Positions 41,063 through 54,448 of a stretch of 64,000 nt of DNA are shown here, piece by piece; within the stretch, counting starts at the first letter, position 1; every line of letters begins with the position of its first letter. A program made the translations under genes and the position numbers. This DNA comes from Octopus vulgaris (taxonomy: Eukaryota). The DNA is taken from contig OX597815.1 in NCBI GenBank assembly GCA_951406725.2, positions 18,290,001 through 18,354,000 of the forward strand. The letters are read 5' to 3'. Below the pieces are notes generated by a model. It did no database searches. It was not told where the DNA came from and saw only the letters and a list, made by a program, of their open reading frames with translations.

Positions 41063-43509
41063 GACGTCTATATCTAGCGTATAGGCTGTCCACTTGTAGT
41101 GGTCAGTCCTCTAGAGTATATATATGTATGTATATATGTATATATGTATGTATGGATGCCTGCATGTATGTATGCACTTATGTAGGTATGCATGCATATA
41201 TGTATGTATGTATGAATACATGCATACTTTTGAAATTTTCGACCATGAAATTCTATGTGTACGATCAACTTTAGGCCATCCTCATTCAATTAGCGTGACG
41301 ACGGCCGAGTATTTCATGCACATGCACATCATTATCGTAATACTTTAGTAGATTCAAACGTGACATCAGACGTGTGTGCGTGACAATTTTAAATATGTTT
41401 CTATGCAATAATTCTATATATCTGCGCGTAGGTATTTTTCTTGATTGATCAACTGGAACATTCATCATTAAAGCAGGTAGAAAATCCCTCTATATTTTAC
41501 CACTGTATATTTGGCCTGATAATTCAATCCGAATATTTTACCTACATCAGCTTTCATGATGGTGCTTCGGAACAGCGTTGTTAGTTTCCATTTTCTTGCG
41601 TAAACTGTCCATTTTCTTAAATTCCAGTTCAGTGTGCATTGAAGCAGTAGTCAAACTGGGATGGCCAGTGTATTTGTACCTATTAGCAAGGCTACAAATA
41701 CACTGAATTCAGTTTTTAATACTAGCTTGAGTCCTAAGTAATATTTTGTCCTAATCTGTTTTTTGCTTTCTCTGTTTTGTGTTTTTATCAGTTGCATCTA
41801 CGTCGGGACCTGCATGTAATGTAATGCTCTCAGCTTAAATTATTTGAGTCTTCTTATTGTAGCATTGACACATTTACATAATCCCAAATATAACTTTTAT
41901 ACCTTAGCTAAAATTATGAAAACTTTGAGTAAATTTTGCAGTTTGGTATTTTCTACACGGCGGAGAGGCATTTGCAGCTATTGGTGGCTTCTTTCAACGG
42001 ACTCATTGTTGGATAATCAGAAGAGTAGAGAGAATGATGAGCAATCCAGGAAAATTTCTATTCTTACATGTATAGGGCTACCTGATTTCATTCTCTTTGT
42101 CCTGTTTGCATTGTTATTTTCTATTTCGGAATGGCACGATTTATATATTTAGGTGGCTTTATTTATGTGGTGTGTCTCCAGTACTCCACGACTGCCGAGA
42201 GAGATTAAGCTTGGTCTAGGAATCAATATATATGTGCTTTTTTTCCAAAAATTCCATCAATTCTTTGGTGATTTTTCGAAATGTCAAAAATGTCTTAGAC
42301 ATTACGATCGTAACCATTTTGAAATTGTGTACAAGAAAAGAAGGCACATCAGCAACTCGTAGACCTAGGAGAACTACGGAAACATTTCTCGCATTTAATG
42401 TATGAATATTAGAATGTGTGTTTAATTGTATGGTTAAGTATATAATACAATATAATATTTTAAACAAAAAGTAAGCATATAGGTACTCAGAATTTGGAGC
42501 TGGTCACTCAGTGAGGACACAGAAGATTACCACCACAAACTCTGATCATTCAGTGTTCATAGATTATTCTGTACCAGATTATTCTGTGGTATTATGCCGA
42601 GTTCTTGGCATTGTGCGTATGACTGATCTCTTGCCGGTAAATTTAGTAGATAGATCAGATAAATCTTGTGCACATCAAACTATCATTCTAATAAAAAGTA
42701 AAGGGAAATGCACTAATGTTTTCATAGAAAATACCATACCAGAATACTGCTACAAGAAGTCGCAGTCGGAAAGTAATTTGTAGGTCAGCTGTCGCAGAAC
42801 TTAGAGATAAACGTATCGGTCGTTTAGGTTGTGGACATTAAACTGACTTAACTTTGAGAGTGAAGGGCTGGATTGTTTCTTGTGGCTATATTGAGAAAGA
42901 TGTTATCCCGAGATGTTATATAGAAAAAGCTCAGGGAACTTTTCCACACCGACCAAACCCCCATTAATTACTAGGTTGTTGTTTTGTAGTTTGACTCGTG
43001 CCAGACTTAACGAACCAGATCTATGACCAAAGCCTTTTCAGCCGTTAATATCTCGTTATTTTTCAGACACAGTATGTGTGGTATTAAAATATCCAAAGCA
43101 CTCTTTATGTTTAAAATATTATGTGCCACTTTTATTTGGGCGTACAGCATTGTAGAGTCTCTCTCATTAGCTCAAGTAACACGTGAGGAAGACGGCATTG
43201 ATGGAAATAGAATTATTGACTTCCAGTAAACAGTACCGAGAATGTGTCGATAAAAGGAAGATTTTTTCACTTTAGGTTTAGGCTGGTGTTTTGAAATCTT
43301 TGGAGTGTTAGGTGATCGGGTCTTATTATTCCGTCTTATTATTCCCGAATGGCTAACTCTAGCGTTTATCTAGCCGTATGTTTATTTTTGATAAAAATAT
43401 ATTTGAATATGTACCTGGACACACATACATACACGCCCGAATATGCACATGCACATACACAGTATCATATAATATGATCTATTATATACATATGCATACA
43501 TACATTCAT

Positions 43510-43543
<34 letters not shown>

Positions 43544-43664
43544 GTACATAAATACATATATATATACATACATATCATAAATAATATATAGATACATGCA
43601 TATATGTAGATATATATATATACATATATGTACATACCTACATCTATTTGTATATATACATGCA

Positions 43665-44055
43665 TACAGGACATCAAAAAAACGTTGGACACAATGAGAA
43701 TCGAAAACATAAAAACAAAAACATGGAAACGAACTTTTTTCAAACAACGAAAAAACAGAGTGCAAGACATATAGCACAAGGAATATTCCCCTTCTTCAGT
43801 TGTCCCTGTTTCGTCTACACCACGTTCAAAGGTAAGGACAAGACGCGACTTCGTTGAAACAGTCCTTCCAGCAAAGCAAATTAAATCAAATTTGGGATTT
43901 TTTGCGGGGGGGGGGGGTGGGTAAAAGTGGTAACAAGAACAAGACAGTAAAAACAATACAAATTAAAACAGTAAAAGATAGGACAAGGAGAATAACACAG
44001 TAAAAACAAACGATGAGGGCTGTTAAGCCAAGACGATGGAAAAATTATTTTGAAC
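43665..44055. mobile_element. unclassified interspersed repeat (family E)
   Basis: Homologous to 18830-19200. Confidence 0.75.
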
Positions 44056-44187
44056 GCATATATGCATGTATATATACATATAGATGTATGTATGTACATA
44101 TATGTATGTATATATGCATATATTTATATATTATTTATGTTATTATATGATCGAACGCCACTCATCTTTTTCCAAGTAAGTTTTATC

Positions 44188-44272
<85 letters not shown>

Positions 44273-45429
44273 TTATATATATATATATCAAGTGAAAAAT
44301 ATTCAAACACAATTCTTAGTATAGTTTAATACATTGAGAATTGAGACACGAGACAGCGTTGCTGTCCATTAGTATGTTTTGCCTATAGATACATCAAGAC
44401 CAAGTGTTTAGTAGAACTACTGCGACAAGAACGTTATTTGTGACCATAATGGTTTGGCAAAAGATGAAATTGGCTACCGGTATTTCTAGTGTTTTGGACG
44501 CCATTAAAGACAGAATGACCTTCGGCTGATGTGCTGACACTGACATTTGCCAATAGGAAAATTAACACACACCAATAAGATTAGATGGTTTCTTACTGAA
44601 ACACACCTGATAAGAAAAACCAAACTGCCAACGGAAATGAATGTTCTAAAAGTTAGTGTCAAAGGTAATTAGATAAGAATAATGAAACTAAAGAAGAAGA
44701 TATATTGAAAAATAGAAAATTTATACTATAAAGAACGGAAAAAAGAAAATTGTAATCAAAAGGGGGAAATGGACATACTTTTTCAAAGTTCTTACAGAAA
44801 ATGACTTACCAATTTTATCCCCAAAATGTTATTATCAGATGGCATTGCGTATTACTTTATATTCACATGTTTTGAAAAGTCGCTTCTACACATTGCAAAC
44901 TTCAGTATATTCGAGGCACATATTTACATGTTAGTGAGCGTTTACAGGTGGCAATGGATGTAGGTGTAGTGTATCGAAACTATCAATGTATCGGATAGAT
45001 TTATGTAGAAAGAGACATGTTACCTGTTTGTTTGTCAACTTGCTTAAAATATTGTGGGATTTAAAAAGAGACATTTTTTAATGAGACATTAACATTATAT
45101 CGTCTATATTACATGCTTCAGTTATAGTGATATACACAAATGCAGCACAAATGTTTCATAAACATCAACCGTATTAAGATGTTTACTTTAAATATTTTTT
45201 ATACGAATCTGTATTAATTAATTTCTAAACTGATATTCTGTATGGTAACCCCACTATGTCCATCAATAAGGTAGAAAAACAACGAAAACTAACACAAAAA
45301 CAGAATAAAAGAAGACTAAAAGCGGAAATACGTAACATAAGAAAGATAATCAAAATGAACACTATTTAGAAATAGATAATTAAATTAAAATAGCATTGGT
45401 ACATTAAGCCTTCTATTGTAGTGGTCCAC

Positions 45430-45723
45430 TTGTTGTTTGTTCCTTCTCGAGCCACGCTTGGCTCATAGGACCGGTTTCCCGGGTTCTTTGGTGTATAGGT
45501 TCCCCACCTGGACGAGACGCCGGTCCGTCGCAAGTGAGCTGCAAGTTGCAGGAGGAATGAGTGTGAGAAAGAGTCGGCAGAAGTTCGACATTACCTTCTG
45601 TCGAAGCCGTGTGGGGCTTAGGTGTTTCGCTCATGAACACACACATTGCCCGGTCTGAGATTCGAACCTGCGATCCCTCGACCGCGAGTCCTCTGCTCTA
45701 ACCACTAGGCCACGTGCATCCAC
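45430..45723 (-). mobile_element. SINE with family C-type head and a different 3' region
   Basis: Minus head GGATGCACGTGGCCTAGTGGTTAGAGC..GGTTCGAATCTC; shares TAGGTGTTT(T)CGCTCA with family C; ends in an AAC-rich tail. Confidence 0.85.
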
Positions 45724-46310
45724 AGTGGTGCGCTGGCCATTTTACGCATGTTTTAACTCCAGGATATTTGGTTGCAAATTCGTAGAAGTTTGTCTTGTAT
45801 GGCGATCAGAAACGACTTTACACGAAAACTACAGATTCATGTTGGTATGAAAATCCTCTTGTAGAAACATCTGTGTTTTTTTTATCGTTTTATTTTATTT
45901 TATTTTAACAAAATGAATGAGTGCATTTATATAAAATTTATTTTCTTTAAGAAATTTAGAGGATTCAATTTAAAAAATAAACAAATAATAAGATGATTAA
46001 TGCATTTTTTTTTAGTTATTCTATAATATTATAATCGCATTCGCATTTCAGTCTCCTAGGTTTAATCAGTGCAATTCTGGAATTTAAATTTCACGGATAA
46101 TTTTATTTGTGAAATTACAGAAGTCAAATAAGTCGAGATTCCCAGCAGTTGAGAACGATAGGAAACTGATAAAGTTAAATATAGCTAATAATAATATAAT
46201 TGTTTTAGCGATTCCTATTTTTTTTTTATTATACTCAAAAGCATGTCTCTTCAGCAGCCTATGTATATTAGACTTCAGTTATGATAACTGTGTTGCGTTT
46301 TTACGGTTTT

Positions 46311-46720
46311 CCTCTTCTTAATCCTTTTTGCTCTTTGTGGAGCATAGGGCCTCAACAGTTGTTTTCCACTTTTTGCGGTCATTGGCATTTTTCTTGGATG
46401 CTTCCCATGTCAGGCCGGTGGTCCTGAGCTTGTCCAAAATGCTCTGCTTCAGGCGTCCTCGCTTCCTTTTCCCCTGCGGGTTACAATCAAGTGCTTGTCG
46501 TGTCCCATTTGAGAGTTCTTTCCGCAGTGTGTGTCTGATCCATCTCCATTTCCTTCGTCTAATCTGAACATGTATGGGCTCCTGGTTGGCCCTTTCCCAC
46601 AGGTCGGTGTTTGGCACTCTGTCGAACCACTTCAGATGGAGGATCTGTCAGAGACATTTGTTGATGAAGGTCTGGATAGTCTTGTAGTTGCTGCAGGTGG
46701 CTGTCCATGTCTTTTCCCGG
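46311..46720 (-). mobile_element. RTE-clade LINE 3' end
   Basis: IQTFINKCL..PNTDLWERANQEPIHVQIRRRKWRWIRHTLRK..RQALDCNPQGKRKRGR..VEALCST. Confidence 0.9.
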
Positions 46721-46739
46721 CTGATCCTCAAGCTCACTC

Positions 46740-47034
46740 ACCGTGAAGTTTCTGTCAGGTGGTCTACCTTATTTTGCATGTTTTGCAGGCGATATGACAG
46801 TAGCGCGAGATCATCTGCGTGGCCTTGACGTGGGAGGCTTGCGTACTATTATGATCCCTAGAGCATATGCCAGTGGGGGACGTGTTCCCCTGGTGGGTTT
46901 AACCATGCTGGTTTGGTCGAAGAGGAGTCAGACTAAAGTATACACATCGGCCCTCCAGATTCGGGGGTTGTGCTATAGGCTTACACCCTATACACGTAAT
47001 AAAAACACCTGTTACAGAAACCAACAACAGTTAA
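46740..47034 (+). mobile_element. RTE-type LINE 5' leader, inverted relative to the adjacent 3' end
   Basis: GTGGGAGGCTTGCGT..ATGATCCCTAGAGCATATGCC..CCCCTGGTGGG and CCTCCAGATTCGGGGGTTG..CACGTAATAAAAAC..TGTTACAGAAACC resemble RTE leaders as I recall them. Confidence 0.6.
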
Positions 47035-48554
47035 TTTTACGGTTTTAAAGCTGCGGAAAAGGGAGGTTTAACTAAATAACTGCCAGGGTTATAAACTATC
47101 GAAGGCATCCACACCAGTTTGCGCGCAAATAACCGATCCATCAAGGATAAAGTTCCTCTATTGTATTCTCTTCTTTCGTTATTATAGGAACAATTCAAGT
47201 TATGTCGTTTAAACAATATATTTACTGAAATTTGGAGCATAAATGAGAAGTACCACTTAAAATTTTGTATTTACTCAACATGTCAATTGTATTTGAGTTT
47301 CGACCATGTACGTTTCGGCAGTGCATTTTTTTGTCTTACGTTTAGTGGGAAATTTTATCTATTAAGTCCTAGATAATTTGAAATTAACACTAGTTATATC
47401 ATTATTTTAAAATCTATTCTTCCGAATTTCGCAACGAAAAACTACTTTCATTCGTTCTATGAAAATAAATGTAATGAATAATGAACACGGCTGTGTGTAT
47501 TTCAAGTGAATATTAGCCTAGGTATGAATCCCTTAATTAGAAGCAAAGGCGTTTGAGTGAATTGTAGAACACAAGCTGAAAGTTTCTCTACAACCGATTT
47601 TGCCTTCGCAGAACTCAACCTTCAATGGATGAGTCCTATAATAAAAGATTGTCAAATACATACAGATGATATAATCGTCTGTGTGCTCTCTCGAGTGCCG
47701 TTCTTGTACTTATGCTACAAAACGCTGATATTATAACATAAATTCCAGACATATTGAACGTTGGGCATGTTTTGATTCCATTATACTAAATTATTAAAAT
47801 CTTTTAAAATTATAAAATCAACATTCATTCATCTTTTTTTTACATAATAAACTGGCGATGGAACTGGGAGAGGCAAATCTGCTCGAAAATCAATACACAA
47901 TTGTGCCTGCGCGTATATAGACGTGTGTATGAAACTTTGTTAGTGCGCGCGTGTGTACGTGCGTATATAGACGTGCGGGTATGCACGTATATAGACGTGC
48001 GTGTGTGTATGAGTGCATACGGGTATGTGCGTATATTGACATGTTTTACTCTTATTGCTTATTTTTTAATAAGTATTTTGTCTCTAGCCTTGTTTTTTTT
48101 GTGCATGTGCGTATATAGGCATGTGCTTGAACCTTTTTTTTGTGCGCACGTGTGTGTGCGTGCGTGTGCGAGCGTGTATGCGGGTATGTATATATTTTAT
48201 GGCGAATGTGTGTGTGAACATGTGCGTGTTTAAGGTGAAGGTGGATGAGTATATACTTATAGGCATATGTACGTGGATGTGCGGGCGTGCATGTGTATGT
48301 ATGGACATGTGCGCTTACGCGAATACTATGAATATTTTCACTCTCTTACCTTTACTCCTCCCCTCATTTAGCGGTCATTCAAATAGCTCTTTTGTCTTAA
48401 TAACGCTCATCTACATAGTAATTTCCCTTTGTGTAACGGTCATTTTCATAGCATTTTTTCGATGGCCGGATAACTGAAGAGATGGCGGCCTGGGTTTCCG
48501 CCCCGACATCTCAAACTCGGAGTTTTATCATGGCTACCAAATAATTGTCACATA

Positions 48555-48951
<397 letters not shown>

Positions 48952-50026
48952 TATATATATATATATACGTGTGTATATATAGGGGGATGTGCTTGCATAT
49001 ATATGTTTTTACAAGTGTGCTTGTATGTGCTCATGGTTTGGTCAGCATGTTAGGAGTGAGAGTGGCTACAAATTTGACTTCTTCGATTCGGTTACTGTTT
49101 ATTTGAATATTTCGATGATGACTGAACTAGAAATGTGAACGGGGCGGGGGGCTACACGAAGAAACGCGTTTTGTGATTACATAACGGCGTGATGGGAGCG
49201 TGACACAAAATGTATAAACCAAGTAGATGACTATCTTGTGGTGGTGGTGGTGTTGATGATAGTGGTGGGTGGTCGACGTTAATAAAGACGTTACGTAATT
49301 AAATATTTCAGGAGAGTCAAGGACTATGTAGGCAAGGTGGAACAAGTAGTGTGACGGGGCAGCGTGGAAATAAGGGAATATTAGTGTGAGAGCCTTTGCC
49401 CGTTAGTCAGATGGCTTGTCTTTTAGATAATTCTAGTAAGTTCCTCTGTAACAGCAGCATTGTGAAAAACAAGGGAGTAGTTTTCTGTCTAGATCTTACT
49501 TGAGCATTGTCGAGTGTCGGTAACTGATAAGGAAGAAAACGCTTTGCAGACAATGGAAATATTGATATATTCTGGATATGAGAGAGTACTGCGTGTTGTC
49601 CAAGACTAGACGGGATGGGTAGAATATTGTTTCAATTATATCATTATCGAATGCATATCTCTGTTGGCGAAAGAGAGGTTTGCCGTTGATTCATAGGAAT
49701 GTGCTCTCAAAGCTTTTATTTATAGAGAACGTGCAAGCTTGTCATAAATACAATGATACAGAGAGAGAAATACATGCTCTCACTCCCTTTCATCCACACA
49801 GTTAACGGTGGATGTAAACATGATATAGAGGTTAAGTATAATATACATACACACCCAAGCGCACGTGTGTTGGTGTATGTGTTTGTGTTTGGGTGTGAAG
49901 GTGCGTGTGTAAAGTTTAACAAGAGATATTTGATGCCTGCCGAGTCAAAATGTTGGGATACATCTTAGATTACTATCTCTCACTTTGTGCGCATTTAAGT
50001 TGCACTTTTCAAAATTCCTGTACGTC

Positions 50027-50087
<61 letters not shown>

Positions 50088-50514
50088 GGCGTGTAGTGGC
50101 TGTGTGGTAAGTAGCTTGCCTATCAACCACATGGTTCCGGGTTCAGTCCTACTGCGTGGCATCTGTGGCAAGTGTCTTCTCCTATAGCCTCGGGCCGTCC
50201 AAAGCCTTGTGAGTGGATTTGGTAGACAGAAACTGAAAGAAGCCCGCCGTATATATGTATATATATATATGTATGTGTGTGTATGTGTGTGTATATGTTT
50301 GTGTGTCTGTTTTTTTTCCCCCAACATCGCTTGACAACCGATGTTGGTGTGTTTACGTCCCCGTAACTTAGCGGTTCGGCAAAAAGGGACCTATAGAATA
50401 AGTACTAGGCTTCCAAAGAATAAGTCCTGGGATCGATTTGCTCGACTAAAGGCGGTGCTCCAGCATGGCCGCAGTCAAATGACTGAAACAAATGAAAGAA
50501 TAAAAGAGTAAAAG
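50088..50514 (+). mobile_element. SINE family B, full length
   Basis: Homology to 28735-29102. Confidence 0.9.
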
Positions 50515-50585
50515 AATATATAAAAGTAAACATTGAATCGCCGGGCGAGTTGAAATATTTCTAGAAATTAAAAAAAATCTCAAAC

Positions 50586-50840
50586 GCAGGAGGGTGGCTG
50601 TGAAAACAGGTTCAGAAAATCGGGTAATATTTCCCTAGAGACGGACAAAAGGAGTCCGCAGCCGCTGCAGAGAACTGAGCTCTTTAACTCTCTGTACCAG
50701 TAAATGCTACGGAGTGCTCTCAGCAGGAATTTGAGTGGTACAGATTTCGATTTTCTATAACAGCTGCTGGTAACATTTTGTCCGTCTATAGGTGTATGTT
50801 ACTCAATTTTCTGAAGCTGTTTCCATAGGTGTACTCCTGC
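50586..50840. mobile_element. old MITE-like foldback
   Basis: AAACAGGTTCAGAAAATCGGGTAATATTTCCCTAGAGACGGACAAAA versus the reverse complement of 50776-50822, clearly homologous with scattered mismatches. Confidence 0.6.
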
Positions 50841-51064
50841 AATCAAGACTTTCCTATTATTCAAACACTTCAAATCAATTCACGCTTCAATGTCTATTTA
50901 TAAAAACGTTCTAACATTTGAGATAGTTAATATTTAGAGTTTGCCTCACCATCTTACGCATGTATGTATGTATGTATGTATGCATGCATGTATGTATGTA
51001 TGCATGTATGTATGTATGTATGTATGTATGTATGTATGTATGTATGTATGTATGTATGTATAGT

Positions 51065-51325
51065 GGTGGTGTAACACACCATACTAATCATATCTGTCAG
51101 GCATGTGGAAGAGAGTGTAATTCGGCAGGAGGACTTAAACGACATGCAAAGGTACATGAAGCCCAGTAACAACTACGGCCGGCTATTACCTGTAAAGGTT
51201 TTAGTTGCCAATTTTGTACAAGACGTTGTAGATCTTTAGCTGGGCTAAAAAGTCACATTCGATCACAGCACCAGTAACAGTTAAGCTTCGTGCAATGGCC
51301 ATACTCGATAACGAGGCAGCCATAA
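51065..51325 (+). mobile_element. probable RTE-type LINE 3' tip encoding two C2H2 fingers, inside (TATG)n
   Basis: HICQACGRECNSAGGLKRHAKVH, in-frame stop, FSCQFCTRRCRSLAGLKSHIRSQH, short UTR, (TATG)n on both sides. Confidence 0.65.
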
Positions 51326-53969
51326 TGTATGTATGTATGTATGTATGTATGTATGTATGTATGTATGTATGTATGTATGTATGTATGTATGTATGTATGT
51401 ATGTGCATGTGTGCGCATATATGTATTGATGTACGACAGTTTTCGCGGTTAATCTTTGATATTACAGATAAGTTTTGTCACATTTTCTTCTTAGTCTCTT
51501 GTATTTAGTTTGGAACAATAAAGGTTTTGAATTCCTTAACGTTTAGGAATATAAAGTTTGCCTAACTCTGAAGATATTATTAACTAAAACTTCTTTCACG
51601 GACGAAAATGTAGTGTCTAGCCTAAGTAGGGATTTGACATGAAACATTTTATATATAAAAGAACAATTACCATTTGTCTGCTTAATTAGACAATCTTTGT
51701 GTGGATAACATGCGTCTTTATAAATCTATACCCACATTTATATCAAAGAAAATGGTGGCGTTTATTTTTTTTTGCCGAACTAATGCGAGAACTATGCTGA
51801 ATTGTAAATTTTAGGATGGAATTATTTTCAGAATCCTCTTAAAAATCTATCTACCTGTTCTTCCAAACTTATCACGATAAACATATAATCAATGTACCTG
51901 GTATATATGAAGTGTTTTTCCTTTGGTATAAACTTCTTTTCTATTGTAGCCATGTGCAAAACTGCAAGTTATATGCATGTGTGTTTCTGTGTAAAGCATA
52001 CGTAATTTTATATTAAGCTCATCTTGGTTCACTCCACCTAGTCTAGTGATTTTCATTTTTATTAATTATAGCATTTCTTAACATTTTTATTTTTATTTAT
52101 ATATTATAGATCATATATTTAGACAAAGTTTAGATAATCAATATTTTTTTCTATTAGCATTAATTCAGAAAAGCTTTTAGGATTAAAACTTTTTAATCAA
52201 ACTTCAAGAATGTCTCAGAAATTTGAAACATATTCGAATTAGCAAATGTATTTCAATTTATCCCACACAGTTTCTTTTTATCAGTTATCAGATACTTAGG
52301 GAAAAGATTGCATCTCCCTGGGTATGTACCTCACACCAGCGAAGCCAAACTCAACAGTCTATATATCTCAGCTTAAGTAGTTTATACGCAGCTGCGCTGC
52401 TAAATCGGTTAAGAACACTCTTTAGCGCAATAAGAAGCAGTCTCTTGCAATAACGAATTAGACAGAATTTATCAACATGACCTCCAGTAAAGCAAAAGAG
52501 GATTTCTTGAATTCCATGATATGTAAGAGCTGTCACCCTTTATGAGCGTTCGGATCTTTTTGTTCCTTGACAAGAAATGTTTCTAATTCTACTGATTATA
52601 TTGATCCTGCTTTTGTTTGCCAAAGGGGTTCATTATGTAGGAGTCTGATAAATCCACCAGATGGTTTGCATTCAGCCTTGGTTTGTATCCAATTATCAGA
52701 AGAAATATTCCAAAACTATCCACCGATCAGCATACCTCACATCCAAGTACACAGTGTCATCAAGGAGACTGATCCTGATTGTAACCTTTCTAATATCTGA
52801 AGGCAATACCCTTCATTGCCATCAACAATACGAGCTAACAAAGTATACTATTTCCGATTAGTCGAGCTCGTTCGAATAGCAGCCATCTATATTAAGGTCA
52901 CGCCCAACCTCTTGAAACTTCAAGCAAGAACCTCTAGATATAAAAAAAGACAGTATGGTCAAAACTAGGTTGCATTTGATTATCTAATCTAAATGATTTT
53001 TCTCTCTCCAGACTGACTGTCTCCCGTTCCCAAGAAAAGTAGCTCATTAAGCAATAGTCACAGTCGTTCTGTTGTTCCCAAATTCTCACCAAAATAACTG
53101 CAGTCGATTTGAAAGCAGCATTTGCAGTATTGATAGTAGGGCTTTCCTATATTACGACATGCAGTTTGTAGATTTAATGCAACTATCCAGTTGATGGTCA
53201 AACGTTCTTGTAATTCCCCACGACATTAAAGTTTTTTGAGTTAATACTTGCCGTTCATATCTAAGGGCAATTAGTTCACCTGCGAATGTCTGCCGTTGGC
53301 AGTTCCCATATATTTTGGATAGCCTGTCATAAATTCATAACTGATATTACATGAATTCATTACTCAATTTATATTTAACGACACAAACTAAACGCTCACA
53401 GTCTTTTCCGTAGTCTGCCGATTATGTTTTTAGAAAGAAAGTGGGATAATTAATTTTAGTTGCGTTCTTTTTCTCGATCGATCTTGTGCAGCATAATACC
53501 ATAAGACAGAGAACGTCCAAAACTTGTGATTGTCAATCTCTGCTCAGTGCTCTTTAGCAACTTCATCGATTACAGATAACGTCATGTCAGTAGGTTCTCT
53601 ATTGACGCTTGTCTTAATCGATTTTTCACTTAGTTGTTTGTTGATGTAAAGACTGAAGGTCTCCTTAAAACTTACTGTAACTTGGTTTTCAGCTCATTCC
53701 AATTTCCTAATAAATGGCTATTGTGTTTCTGTGTAATGTTTATATATATATGTTTATATGTTTTCCAGTTTCAGCTCTTGAGCTGTGGCCATGCTGGGGC
53801 ACCGCCATGGTAGAAGTTCTTTTTCAGTTTTGCTGCTGTCGTTTATGGTTTGATCGAGGTTCATGCTTTCAGTAATTTCCTCGTGAACCTAAAGTACTTA
53901 CTTCGCTGGTAATACATTATTCTCTGTGTAATTTTGATGGTTAATTCTAATAGGTAACGATCCATATTT

Positions 53970-54448
53970 AAGGCGGCAAGCTGGCAGAAACGTTAGCACT
54001 CCGGGTGAAATGCTTAGCGGTATTTCGTCTGTCCTTGTTTGTCTTCTCTGTGTTTAGCTCCTTGTGGGTAGTAAAGAAATAGGCATTTCGTCTGCCGTTA
54101 CGTTCTGAATTCAAATTCCGCCGAGGTCGACTTTGCCTTTCATCCTTTCGGGGTCGATTAAATAAGTACCAGTTACGCACTGGGGTCGATATAATCGACT
54201 TAATCCGTTTGTATATCCTTGTTTGTCCTCTCTGTGTCTAACCCCTTGTGGGTAGTAAAGTAATAGGTATTTCGTCTGCCGTTACGTTCTGAGTTCAAAT
54301 TCCGCTGAGGTTGACTTTGCCTTTCATCCTTTCGGAGTCGATTAAATAAGTACCAGTTACGCACTGGGGTCGATATAATCGACTTAATCCGTTTGTCTGT
54401 CCTTGTTTTTCCTCTCTTTGTTTAGCCCCTTGTGGGTAGTAAAGAAAT
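53970..54448 (+). mobile_element. SINE family A multimer (internally deleted first unit plus two bodies)
   Basis: TSD TAGGTAAYGATCCATATTTAA at about 53951 and 54448. Confidence 0.92.

Noticed and set aside
43785-43845. CTGAAGA and GAAAC on the minus strand of family E as a permuted hammerhead
   Set aside because: Could not build stems I and III with an NUH site; CTGAAGA is not kept in the 18.9 kb copy
52300-53500. Possible decayed RT (YAD-like on minus, VDLKAAF on plus)
   Set aside because: Motifs lie on opposite strands with no continuous homology visible
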